A DNA stretch of 39,587 nt from Promethearchaeota archaeon (lineage in GTDB: Archaea; Asgardarchaeota; Lokiarchaeia; Sigyniarchaeales; SOKP01), in the NCBI GenBank assembly GCA_018238625.1, contig JABCSY010000031.1, positions 1 through 39,587 of the forward strand. Reading direction: 5' to 3'. Positions 1 to 8,601 of the stretch are shown one piece after another (the first letter of the stretch is position 1; each line of letters starts with the position of its first letter). Under the pieces are notes generated by a model, which worked only from the letters and a program-made list of their open reading frames with translations, was not told the DNA's origin and did not search any database. A program made the translations under genes and the position numbers.

Positions 1-863
1 TCATCTATGTCTTCAACTCCTTTCTTTTTCAGTTTTTCAAGATCGTTTTTAGTAACAATAGCGGTCCTTAATAACCTCAATACTTCGTAGGCTTGAGGGT
101 TTACGAGAATTTCTATGACTTTTAGGTTGTCTTGTTCTGAAGGACGATAGTTTTGAAAAAATTTCTTAGATTCTGTTGTGTAATCATCGCTAAGTTGGGA
201 AGGTAAGCCCCTATCGCTTGGATCCTTGAAAAGTTGGATTGCTGGAACGCGCATCATTATTAAATCGTTTGTTAGAAAAATCAATTCAGAGGGCATCCCC
301 TTCACTGATGTTTCTTTAACGATGTCTCTTTTAATAAGTTCCATGACAACCCCTTCTAAATCGACAAATCCTTGTCTATATCTATCTTTTAGCCAAATCA
401 TTAACTCTGATTTTGAAACTACGCCTTCTTCCCTTAAACGGGTGATAATCATTCGTTTTATATCGTCTTGATACGTAATTGCTAATCGCTGCTCTTCGTT
501 TAAAGTTGGATACATAGATACCCTCCTGAATAAGGAAGGAACTAATTGCCTAAAAGAATCGTCTTCAAGATTTTGTAAAATGGTTCTTGATGTGTCTATT
601 AAACCTCCTTCGTACGCGTCAGGATCGTCGTCCAGGTTTAAAAGTAAAAGTATATAATACCCTTTTTCTGGTCCCGTGTAATACGAAGCAATGTTTAGCG
701 AACCAACCATTAAACTAATCATTCCCGATTCCCCACTATACTCGTGCGTGCTGTACACCTGCATAAGAGTTTTATCCGTGATCACAATTTCTTCGGGATA
801 CTTCGCTAAAATTTCTGTACCGACTCGCTCGTCCCATTTCATAACAACTAATCCGACAGGCAT
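1..863 (-). CDS. Longin/uDENN(NPRL2)-like N-terminal domain plus winged-helix-like repeats; partial, runs off the window edge
   Basis: Not in the ORF track. Hand translation from ATG at 863 is open to base 1 (287 codons): MPVGLVVMKWDERVGTEILAKYPEEIVITDKTLMQVYSTHEYSGESGMISLMVGSLNIASYYTGPEKGYYILLLLN...RLREEGVVSKSELMIWLKDRY...ELIKRDIVKETSVKG...KKKGVEDID. A GGAGGAG SD lies upstream, and the ATG is 2 nt after the TAG of the preceding gene. The fold call is inference. Confidence 0.8.
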   Translation of the reverse strand, partial: MPVGLVVMKWDERVGTEILAKYPEEIVITDKTLMQVYSTHEYSGESGMISLMVGSLNIASYYTGPEKGYYILLLLNLDDDPDAYEGGLIDTSRTILQNLEDDSFRQLVPSLFRRVSMYPTLNEEQRLAITYQDDIKRMIITRLREEGVVSKSELMIWLKDRYRQGFVDLEGVVMELIKRDIVKETSVKGMPSELIFLTNDLIMMRVPAIQLFKDPSDRGLPSQLSDDYTTESKKFFQNYRPSEQDNLKVIEILVNPQAYEVLRLLRTAIVTKNDLEKLKKKGVEDID

Positions 864-865
864 TT

Positions 866-3800
866 CTACATTACTCCTCCTTCATTTTTACTTTTTTCTA
901 ATGATTTTCTTCCCTTTTTAGGCTCAATTCCTAAGATATCATCTAACGATAAACCAAGCGTTTCCCATTTGTCTCCTAATTGTTTCACTATATAAGATTC
1001 TTTTGATGGATATAACAACGATTCAGATATGGATTTCCGCGATTTAATTGTACTCTTCATTGCTCTAGTCTTCTTAACAAATGTAGGTATTCTAGCTCTT
1101 TGAATTTGACGGTAAGTTACCAGACTTCCTACAATAGCTACGATTCCAATGACTAATAACAAAAAGTAAAACATCGGGAATCCTGGAAAAATTTCAGTCA
1201 TGCCAACTACTATTGTAATTTCAACAGTTTGAGCTTCATAATTCTCCTTTTCAATTGTGATATAAGATACATCCAGAGTTTGTGGGAACATAAATGCATC
1301 TATATTGGCGGTTGAGTATCTATATTCATAAACTCCATTAGTTATCTCATTCATTGTGTAATTATTTAGTCCAATTCGAAGATATACAGTTGCGCCTGTG
1401 AGTAATTGATCGGCATTAGATGGATCAGTTAATGTAACTTGAAAATCAATATTGGTCCCTTGGACAACATCTATTCTCCTTCCAGACAGACCGGTTGCGT
1501 CTAGAGCAACACCAACAGGTCTATACTTGATACTTAAGGATATGAAAGCATTCCTTACTTCGTAATTGTTTTTTTGGAGCGTTATAAAAATCGTGTATTC
1601 CCCTACTTCCTTTAATTCTGTATCAAAATCCAATGTATAAATATTGCTTGGTCCTTCGATCAAATTCCCGGTTCCTTCATTTTCTGGGCCTGAAAGTGGA
1701 TTTCCTTCTTCATCTAATTTATACCAATTATAACTTGCTACATCTAAATCCCCGACTAGCACATCACTTAGTACATCTTTATATGCAAAACTATAGATTG
1801 CTAAGTCTAAAACATATATATCTGGTGAAATTTGAAAAAGTGATGTTGTTCCATTAATGGAAGTCGGTCTCGCAAGAATACTAATTAACAGCGTTTCTTC
1901 AATCAAACTATGGTTTAGAAGAAAAGCTGTAATGTCAATAACATAATCGGCATCGCTTGGAGCTAAGGACGAATCAAACTCAAAATAATATTTTCCCGCG
2001 TGTAAGGGATCGTTGTTTAAGACACCTGCACCATAATCCCAAGAATAAGTTAGTTCTGCCCCAGGTAGTGATAATTCAGTGTTGAAATCGTAGTAATCAA
2101 CTGTGATATTAACAGGCTCAAGATATATTGTTGAGATTCTGTTATCAGTTAATTCAACTAAAGAGTAATCGTAGAACTTTATTCCCGTAGTTTTGGAAGC
2201 AATTTTAATCTGACTAGGTTGTTTGGCATTAAAAACATAGCTCTTGTAATTACCAGTGATTTCAATATAATAAACACTTCCGCCTATTAAATGAAAAGTC
2301 TCTGTACTGAATGTATAGTTGAACACTCCTACTGCAATTTCAGACGACAAAACTCCAACTTTTTCGCTATATACCGTAAGTTCCTCATCAAATATTTGTA
2401 TAAATAAATCGTTCGGAGTTACTTTAGTTGATACTGGAAAGGAAGGATCTCGTTTTGTAAAATTAAATTGCACATTTACATCATCACCCCACATTACATC
2501 CGAAGTTATATCTATGATCTCTATAGTTGAGTTATAGATATTTTTGTTTAACGGAATTTCGACACTCACCTCTGCTTCGGTAGTCAACGTGAAATTATAA
2601 TTAGGATCCAATGATGGGTCACCATCTACATGAAAATTCCGAAAATCGCCTCCAAAATATATATCTACTGAATAATTACCCCAATCTCCAAAATTGTCAC
2701 TAAAAGAAACAAATTTGGCTAATCCATTTATATCTACAGAAACATTAGCAATTATTAGATTTTCGTTATCATAATCAGTTTGGTTAAAAAATCTCAGCTT
2801 AGCATTTGTAAAAGGAATTTTTTCTGTATCTGTTACATTAAATGTAATTTTTGAAATTTCTGTTAAAACATCGAAATCATGTTGTCCAGCTCCCACCGTT
2901 TTATTATCAATTAACAAGCTTGAATATCTATAGTTCGAAGTATCTGGTAATGAATCGTAATCGTAATAAACTTCATAATCGTACGCTGTATTATTAACCC
3001 AAATAATTGTACCAGTTCCATCGTTACTAAGAATTGCTTTGCCAACCGTTTCAGCTCCCTCTTTTAATAAAACATAGCCAAAGTCAATAGGATCGCTGTC
3101 TCTATCAGAAACATTGAAATTTAGTGTAGTTAGGCTCAAATATGCATTTAAGTAACTACTCAATGTTGCAATAGGGAAATTTTCGAAATAATAGACTGTT
3201 TCAGTTTTAGGATTACTCAATCCATTTTGAGTGTAATTTACTGTGATGTTATATAATCCATTTTGAGCGATGTTAGTAAAGATCCACTCTCCATTTTCAT
3301 CCGTGTAATTATTTTGGTTTAAGGCTGGACTTACATCATCAGAAATGAAAATGTGTGCGTTTTGAACTGCATTTCCCTCTTCATCTTTACACGTTACTTT
3401 TAATGTAAATGAAATTGGTTGTATTGCTCCAACTTCCGCTTGAAGACTATTATTAGGTGTTGTTTGGACTGGTTTGGCCCAAATTGAGATATCATCCCAG
3501 AATAGATTAAGATTAGAGTAGCTATCGTCATCAGCTTCATAAAATATATGATCAAACGAATTTAGTGTAATTTCTGAGTCTAGTTCAAAAGTATACCAAA
3601 AGAAAGTATTATCTTCATAATATTGGTTTCTGAATGTGTAAGAACCAGCAGACCCCCATGCTTGGCTTCCTCTAATGTTATAACTATTAGCGGAAGCTGG
3701 GATGGCTGTGTATCCTACTCGGAATCCTAAACCTGAAATCTCTCTAATTATCGTAGGATCGTCGAATCTCATTTTTGCTGTAACCCTTGTATCAGAATTT

Positions 3801-4519
3801 ATGTTAATTGTACCGGTAGCTGAAGCCTTCCAACAATTTCCCCACATTTTTAGTGCGGAATTTCCTCTTGCTTTAGTTGTATTTGAAATTTCCCAAGAAT
3901 TAGGATGATAATTATCCTGTCCATCCGTTGGTCTTAAAAGATCTGATGCTTGAAAATCTTCAAATCCTTCGTGCCATAATCTAATGGTGTCGTAATTAGG
4001 ATCTAAAACTTCTGAACTAGATCCATTATTAAAGTAAATGAAGAAATCTCTCGTAACCCCATGATTAGTTGTTCCATTCAATATCCAAATTATATCTCCA
4101 ATTGCATTTGATGCATTATCATAGCTTCTAGGATATGGATCAAATTGACATTCAACTTCATAAAAACTAGATATTGATTGGTATTCAATAACTCTTACTG
4201 AAGAGACATTCAAAATAGGATTCTGCACGTTTAAATCGTTAAAAAACTTCGTAAAATTAACACTTAATTCTACTGGAGCATTTTGTTGACCACCTACAGC
4301 AGTTAATCCAACTGGTATCCTAAAAGTCCAAGATTTGTTCCACCATTCGTAATTAGAAGCGGGTAAACTAGATTTTAGCGATGAAATAGATTCAAACTGA
4401 GCCTTTTCAAAAGTTTTTGGTTCATTAGTAATCGGTTGTGCCACAAAGATTAAAGGAATTACCGTCATTATTATTATTAGACTTAATCCCTTTATAGATC
4501 TATTTTTAATTGACTTCAT
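866..4519 (-). CDS. Large cell-surface protein (1217 aa): signal/TM, DUF2341-like domain, beta-sandwich and Ig-like repeats, C-terminal TM, basic cytoplasmic tail
   Basis: N-terminal hydrophobic segment; WWNKSWTFRIPV..VELSVNFT..SVRVIE resembles DUF2341; many N-x-S/T sequons; carboxypeptidase-regulatory-like repeats (VTCKDEEGNAVQNAHIFI, FNVSDRDSDPIDFGYV, FNVTDTEKIPFTNAKL); TM FYFLLLVIGIVAIVGSLVTY followed by RARIPTFVKK tail. Confidence 0.85.
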   Translation of the reverse strand: MKSIKNRSIKGLSLIIIMTVIPLIFVAQPITNEPKTFEKAQFESISSLKSSLPASNYEWWNKSWTFRIPVGLTAVGGQQNAPVELSVNFTKFFNDLNVQNPILNVSSVRVIEYQSISSFYEVECQFDPYPRSYDNASNAIGDIIWILNGTTNHGVTRDFFIYFNNGSSSEVLDPNYDTIRLWHEGFEDFQASDLLRPTDGQDNYHPNSWEISNTTKARGNSALKMWGNCWKASATGTININSDTRVTAKMRFDDPTIIREISGLGFRVGYTAIPASANSYNIRGSQAWGSAGSYTFRNQYYEDNTFFWYTFELDSEITLNSFDHIFYEADDDSYSNLNLFWDDISIWAKPVQTTPNNSLQAEVGAIQPISFTLKVTCKDEEGNAVQNAHIFISDDVSPALNQNNYTDENGEWIFTNIAQNGLYNITVNYTQNGLSNPKTETVYYFENFPIATLSSYLNAYLSLTTLNFNVSDRDSDPIDFGYVLLKEGAETVGKAILSNDGTGTIIWVNNTAYDYEVYYDYDSLPDTSNYRYSSLLIDNKTVGAGQHDFDVLTEISKITFNVTDTEKIPFTNAKLRFFNQTDYDNENLIIANVSVDINGLAKFVSFSDNFGDWGNYSVDIYFGGDFRNFHVDGDPSLDPNYNFTLTTEAEVSVEIPLNKNIYNSTIEIIDITSDVMWGDDVNVQFNFTKRDPSFPVSTKVTPNDLFIQIFDEELTVYSEKVGVLSSEIAVGVFNYTFSTETFHLIGGSVYYIEITGNYKSYVFNAKQPSQIKIASKTTGIKFYDYSLVELTDNRISTIYLEPVNITVDYYDFNTELSLPGAELTYSWDYGAGVLNNDPLHAGKYYFEFDSSLAPSDADYVIDITAFLLNHSLIEETLLISILARPTSINGTTSLFQISPDIYVLDLAIYSFAYKDVLSDVLVGDLDVASYNWYKLDEEGNPLSGPENEGTGNLIEGPSNIYTLDFDTELKEVGEYTIFITLQKNNYEVRNAFISLSIKYRPVGVALDATGLSGRRIDVVQGTNIDFQVTLTDPSNADQLLTGATVYLRIGLNNYTMNEITNGVYEYRYSTANIDAFMFPQTLDVSYITIEKENYEAQTVEITIVVGMTEIFPGFPMFYFLLLVIGIVAIVGSLVTYRQIQRARIPTFVKKTRAMKSTIKSRKSISESLLYPSKESYIVKQLGDKWETLGLSLDDILGIEPKKGRKSLEKSKNEGGVM

Positions 4520-4673
4520 GTTGCTTTTTCATCTTTTTTTTTTAAGGAAATTTATAATAAATTTTAACAAATTTATAAAACAACATAAATTTAATATTAT
4601 GTTTTTCATACCCTTATGTTTAGGAAAAAGATGAAAATCATAAATACAAGAGAATTTTAACTATATTTTATAG

Positions 4674-5306
4674 CTACTCCTTTTTTAGAATTAAGAAGAT
4701 TTTTCTTTTTTTTGGATTATTTGGATTATCAATAATGAAATTTCCCTTAAATTTTGTATTCTCAGCAATAATATCTCCAATGTCGTCCAATATTGCTTTA
4801 TTTTTTGGATAAAATTGAAAAACTGCTTTCCCGTTAGGCTTCAGAATGCTATAAAACGATTTAAAAAGACCTATTAAATCAAAATGCTTTTTTTCTAAAT
4901 TTGAATCTTTGTAGATCCATTGCAAAGCAGAAATGGAAATTATTGCGTCGAAAGTGCTTGGTTGAAATGGAGGATAGCACATATCGGCAAGAATGGGATT
5001 TAAATCTTTAATATCGTAAAAATTGAGAAAATCTGAAATGATGTCAAGTGCTATTGTCTTGTGTCCTAATTCGTCCAAATAAATCGCCACAAATCCAGGA
5101 CCACAACCAGCATCAAGTATTAAACAATGATTCTCTTTAAGTTCCATTATTTCTAATGCTCTCAAAGTAATCTTTCTTTGTGTACGCATTATGGATTTAG
5201 ATTCAGCATAACTAGAAAGAGTATCATCCTTAAAATATTCTAATGCGCTCTTATATAAATCCTCTGGTCTTTTTCTTTTGATATTAAAAAAATATTCATC
5301 GCTCAA
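4674..5306 (-). CDS. Class I SAM-dependent methyltransferase, Bud23/WBSCR22-like (SSU rRNA m7G)
   Basis: ILDAGCGPG SAM motif, plus RPE, TLRALE, FDAIISISALQW, QFYPKN and D-P--PKKRKIFL, which match Bud23 family motifs as I recall them. TTG start. Confidence 0.8.
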   Translation of the reverse strand: MSDEYFFNIKRKRPEDLYKSALEYFKDDTLSSYAESKSIMRTQRKITLRALEIMELKENHCLILDAGCGPGFVAIYLDELGHKTIALDIISDFLNFYDIKDLNPILADMCYPPFQPSTFDAIISISALQWIYKDSNLEKKHFDLIGLFKSFYSILKPNGKAVFQFYPKNKAILDDIGDIIAENTKFKGNFIIDNPNNPKKRKIFLILKKE

Positions 5307-5457
5307 ATTGAGTATGCCTATCTAATTTGCTTCGCTATTTGATATGGAAAAAGCTTTCTTAAATTAGTTTATAAATCAAAAATTTTATTAGAATTTAAAT
5401 ATTTAATATTTTAATTAGCTTTAATTTTTGATATTTCAATTTTTTAAGGTGATACTA

Positions 5458-5757
5458 TTGTCTGAAAAAGAAGAAAAGTTAGTGGTCCGAAAAGCAACGC
5501 TAAATTTGCGTAGAAAATACGGAAGATCAAAACAAATCACTATTGTAGAACGAGACGCTTTTATACCTAGTCCAATAGAAAAAGAAATCAGAGAATCTCT
5601 TTCGAAACGGAAATCAGTTTTAGCGTCCGATATAGCTCTAAAGTATGATTTAAGAATATCGACTGTAAATCTGCTCTTAAAGCAATACGAAGAAGAAGGT
5701 TTAATAAAATTATTAGATCCAACATTAAAATTAAAGATTTATGTTCCTAAATCTTAA
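5458..5757 (+). CDS. rps25e: Ribosomal protein eS25 (S25e)
   Basis: Basic N-terminus plus winged helix (SVLASDIALKYDLRISTVNLLLKQYEEEGLIK..KIYVP) typical of S25e. Start moved from 5428 to TTG 5458, which follows an AGGTGA SD. Confidence 0.75.
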   Translation: MSEKEEKLVVRKATLNLRRKYGRSKQITIVERDAFIPSPIEKEIRESLSKRKSVLASDIALKYDLRISTVNLLLKQYEEEGLIKLLDPTLKLKIYVPKS

Positions 5758-5892
5758 TTTCTGACTTGTGTTATTTTAACTATTAATTATTAATTCTTTT
5801 AATTTACTTAATTTTATTCAATCAAAACTAAATGTTATTAGAAAATAATTTATATTTTTTAGGACTACTCTTAATAAAGTATATAATTTAAA

Positions 5893-6001
5893 GCAGATGT
5901 AGCCTAGTGGTAAGACGCCGGCTTCGAAAGTAATGTATCACACTATTACCATAAAAGCCGGTGCGCGTGAGCGTTCGGGGGTTCAAGTCCCTCCATCTGC
6001 G
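5893..6001 (+). tRNA. trnS: tRNA-Ser(CGA) with a 27-nt intron at canonical position 37/38 (5929-5955)
   Basis: Acceptor stem GCAGATG/CATCTGC; discriminator G, no encoded CCA; D-loop TAGTGGTAA; anticodon stem CCGGC/GCCGG with loop TT-CGA-A|A; long variable arm GCGC-GTGA-GCGT; T arm GGGGG-TTCAAGT-CCCTC; intron hairpin GTAATG/TATTAC. Confidence 0.9.
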
Positions 6002-6035
6002 TTTATTATTTCATTTTTTTAGGGTGAATAACAAA

Positions 6036-7100
6036 TTGAATAAAGGTATTGTTGTTGTAGGAGAATTACACCAAGATTTATATTACGAAAGCGATTTCTA
6101 TTGGCATTTAGTTCAAAAAATTGTATCGAATATAATTGAATTTATCAAATTCAACCCAGACGATCTTAATAGAAATTTATTTGAAAAAATAGTTAAAAAA
6201 GGGTTCTCAGAAACACCCAAAAAAATAGTGGGGCATTGTTACTTTAAGAGAGGGGGGAATGGTAACAATTCAGCTGAATTTATTGCGAAACTTGGGGTTT
6301 TCACTAAATTAATTAGTGTAATTGGAAGAGGAAGCGAATGGATGATTACAGAACTAAATGAACTAGGCATAAACACCGATGATATTTTTCAAATAGATGA
6401 GATCACACCAGTTAGTACCATTATAAAATCAGATTTCACAACAAAAATCCATTTAGCCCCTAATTTAAAAAACAGAATGAACTTTGAAGGAATAAAAATA
6501 GAAGATGATGCTTTTTTGAACGCAAAAATATTATATTCAACTCCTATTGCGAAAAAGTTTATAGAATTGTTTGAAAATGGTTCTAAATTGGGCCTAATAA
6601 CCGCTTTTAATATAGAGACCCAAAAAGTTCAATCAATCGAACAACTTGATGGATTAATCAAGCAAAAGTTTGATTTATTTTTTCTAAACTTAAAGGATGC
6701 TTACTCTATATTAAATGGGTCGTTTTCAATCGATCAGGTCGATGAAAAATTTAAAAAATATGCGAAAATTCGAATTTACACGGCTGGAAAAGGAGGTTCT
6801 TTTACAAGAACTGATAATTTTGAAATCTTTTTTCCCGGAATAGAAGTTGAAGAAGTTGTCGATCGAACGGGGGCAGGAGATTGTTTTGCAGCGGGTTTTT
6901 TAACAAAATTATTTGAATTAATTAAAGATAAAGAAATGCTCGATCAATTAATTAAAGACGAGAATCGCGAAAAATTAAAAGAAATTTTGAGTAATTGCGT
7001 AGAATTTGCAACTTATACAGCAATTTACAAAATCACTAATCAGTTAATTCCAACTCAGAAAGAGATGGAAGATTTTATAAAAACTTTTAAAATTAAATAA
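6036..7100 (+). CDS. PfkB/ribokinase-family carbohydrate kinase
   Basis: GGNGNNSA and DRTGAGDCFAAGF motifs. The track start (5961) lies inside the tRNA; TTG 6036 after a GGGTGA SD is more likely. Confidence 0.9.
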   Translation: MNKGIVVVGELHQDLYYESDFYWHLVQKIVSNIIEFIKFNPDDLNRNLFEKIVKKGFSETPKKIVGHCYFKRGGNGNNSAEFIAKLGVFTKLISVIGRGSEWMITELNELGINTDDIFQIDEITPVSTIIKSDFTTKIHLAPNLKNRMNFEGIKIEDDAFLNAKILYSTPIAKKFIELFENGSKLGLITAFNIETQKVQSIEQLDGLIKQKFDLFFLNLKDAYSILNGSFSIDQVDEKFKKYAKIRIYTAGKGGSFTRTDNFEIFFPGIEVEEVVDRTGAGDCFAAGFLTKLFELIKDKEMLDQLIKDENREKLKEILSNCVEFATYTAIYKITNQLIPTQKEMEDFIKTFKIK

Positions 7101-7111
7101 ATATTTCTCTT

Positions 7112-8044
7112 TTATTGAATTAATTGGAGAATTATATTTTCCATTTGTGGTTTCGCGGATTCTATTTTATTTAGCACTTCTACAGTATTTTCTAAATTCT
7201 GTTCGTCCTCTTCAATAATGAATAGTAAATAGAAGTCTAAATTCCCAAACTTTAATATTTCTACCAATCCAGAATATCTATCGCCATTTTCAAACTTGTC
7301 TGAGAATTCTAATAAGGTCCTATTTTCCGCTATTATTTTTTTTTGAGCTTCTAAATATTTTTCATAAATCCGCATTTTTTCCAATAAATGTAAATGCGGC
7401 CGATAATACTCCCCAATAGTGATTCCTTTAGCGTCAAATAATGCGATCATAATCGAATTGTAATTTTTACTCATCTCAGCAAATAATTGAGATACCATTT
7501 CCATTTTTTCAAATAATAAAGATAAACCTGAAGAGAACGCGTCCATGATTGATTTGATATCGTAAATAGTAGTTTCAAAGAAAAAGATATCAAAATCATT
7601 AGAATATCGGGTTAATGCTTGTTTAATAGTTAAAATTCTCTGATTTATTACCTTTTCTTTAGTAAGTTGCGGATCGAATTTATGAAAAAGAATACACATC
7701 GGAGGGTAGTCTTGTTCTTCTTTTAGAAAGAGCAAAACTTTATCAAGGTAATCTATTGTCTCAACATAACGGTCGTAATCTTGCGCATCTATGACGTAAA
7801 ATATTAAGTCGGTTCCGCTAATGTATTTAGTTGGGTTCTTCAAATATTCTTCTCTGTATTGTAATTGCCCCCCAAAATCCATTCTTATGAATTCAACGCC
7901 CAAGAATTTGAAAGCATCACGCGCGATTTTTCTTGTAGGCATCAGTTTCGAGATTTCTTCTTCGAAACCGAATCTTTTAGTAATTACCGTGATTATACTT
8001 GTCTTACCAGCATTATCTAGACCTAAAAAACTTATTTTTTTCAT
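7112..8044 (-). CDS. Rag/Gtr1-Arf-like small GTPase with C-terminal roadblock/longin-like domain
   Basis: G1 GLDNAGKT, G2 PT, G3 DFGGQ, Rag-type G4 HKFD, G5 TTIYD. The ~130-aa C-terminal domain begins SIMIALFDAKGITIG. Confidence 0.85.
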   Translation of the reverse strand: MKKISFLGLDNAGKTSIITVITKRFGFEEEISKLMPTRKIARDAFKFLGVEFIRMDFGGQLQYREEYLKNPTKYISGTDLIFYVIDAQDYDRYVETIDYLDKVLLFLKEEQDYPPMCILFHKFDPQLTKEKVINQRILTIKQALTRYSNDFDIFFFETTIYDIKSIMDAFSSGLSLLFEKMEMVSQLFAEMSKNYNSIMIALFDAKGITIGEYYRPHLHLLEKMRIYEKYLEAQKKIIAENRTLLEFSDKFENGDRYSGLVEILKFGNLDFYLLFIIEEDEQNLENTVEVLNKIESAKPQMENIILQLIQ

Positions 8045-8166
8045 AATAATCGTTCATTGGGCATTTTATTGATAATTTCGGAAGTAAATCTACAAGATAT
8101 TTATAGCAGAAGAAACTAATAAATACTTACTTTTTTCATAATAAAAATTGTTAATAAAAAAAAGAA

Positions 8167-8448
8167 TTATCCTCCTGAAATTGGGAACGATATGTAAAGC
8201 TTGTCTCCTTCTTTTAGTTTTGTTTTGTAATTTTTCATGTAAGTGATGTTTCTGCCGTTGAGTAAAACGATCATAAGGGGATTTAATTTCTTCTTATTTT
8301 TGGATAGGATGCTATCATCTAATAGGTTTTTATGCTCCTTAAGAAATTGGGTTATAATATCACCAACAGTGTTTCCTTCGTATTGAATAGTATTTTTTTT
8401 TACTCGCAATACAAAAATGTTTAATAAGTTCAAATCAACTTTAACCAT
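8167..8448 (-). CDS. Ubiquitin-like sulfur carrier (MoaD/ThiS/Urm1/SAMP family)
   Basis: 93 aa; VLLNGRNI...LKEGDKLYISFPISGG with C-terminal diglycine. Confidence 0.9.
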   Translation of the reverse strand: MVKVDLNLLNIFVLRVKKNTIQYEGNTVGDIITQFLKEHKNLLDDSILSKNKKKLNPLMIVLLNGRNITYMKNYKTKLKEGDKLYISFPISGG

Positions 8449-8601
8449 AATATTTTGACCCTATATGATTGGAAATTTAAAAGATTAGATAAAATCCAAT
8501 CCTAATTTTGATTCAATTTTAATAAATTTAATTTATTTTTAAGCTTAATCATAATGAAAAATAATAGGTTCAAAAATTCAAGACCTTTAGTTTTTGATAA
8601 T

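Noticed and set aside
226-921. Track ORFs 226-471 (+) and 691-921 (+)
   Set aside because: Antisense shadows of the real minus-strand gene at 1-863, which the track missed because its stop lies outside the window.
4534-4543. Homopolymer run upstream of the surface protein as a phase-variation switch
   Set aside because: A/T runs of this length are common in spacers throughout this AT-rich window.
5961-6035. N-terminal extension of the PfkB ORF
   Set aside because: The GTG lies in the tRNA 3' half; an SD-supported TTG exists at 6036.
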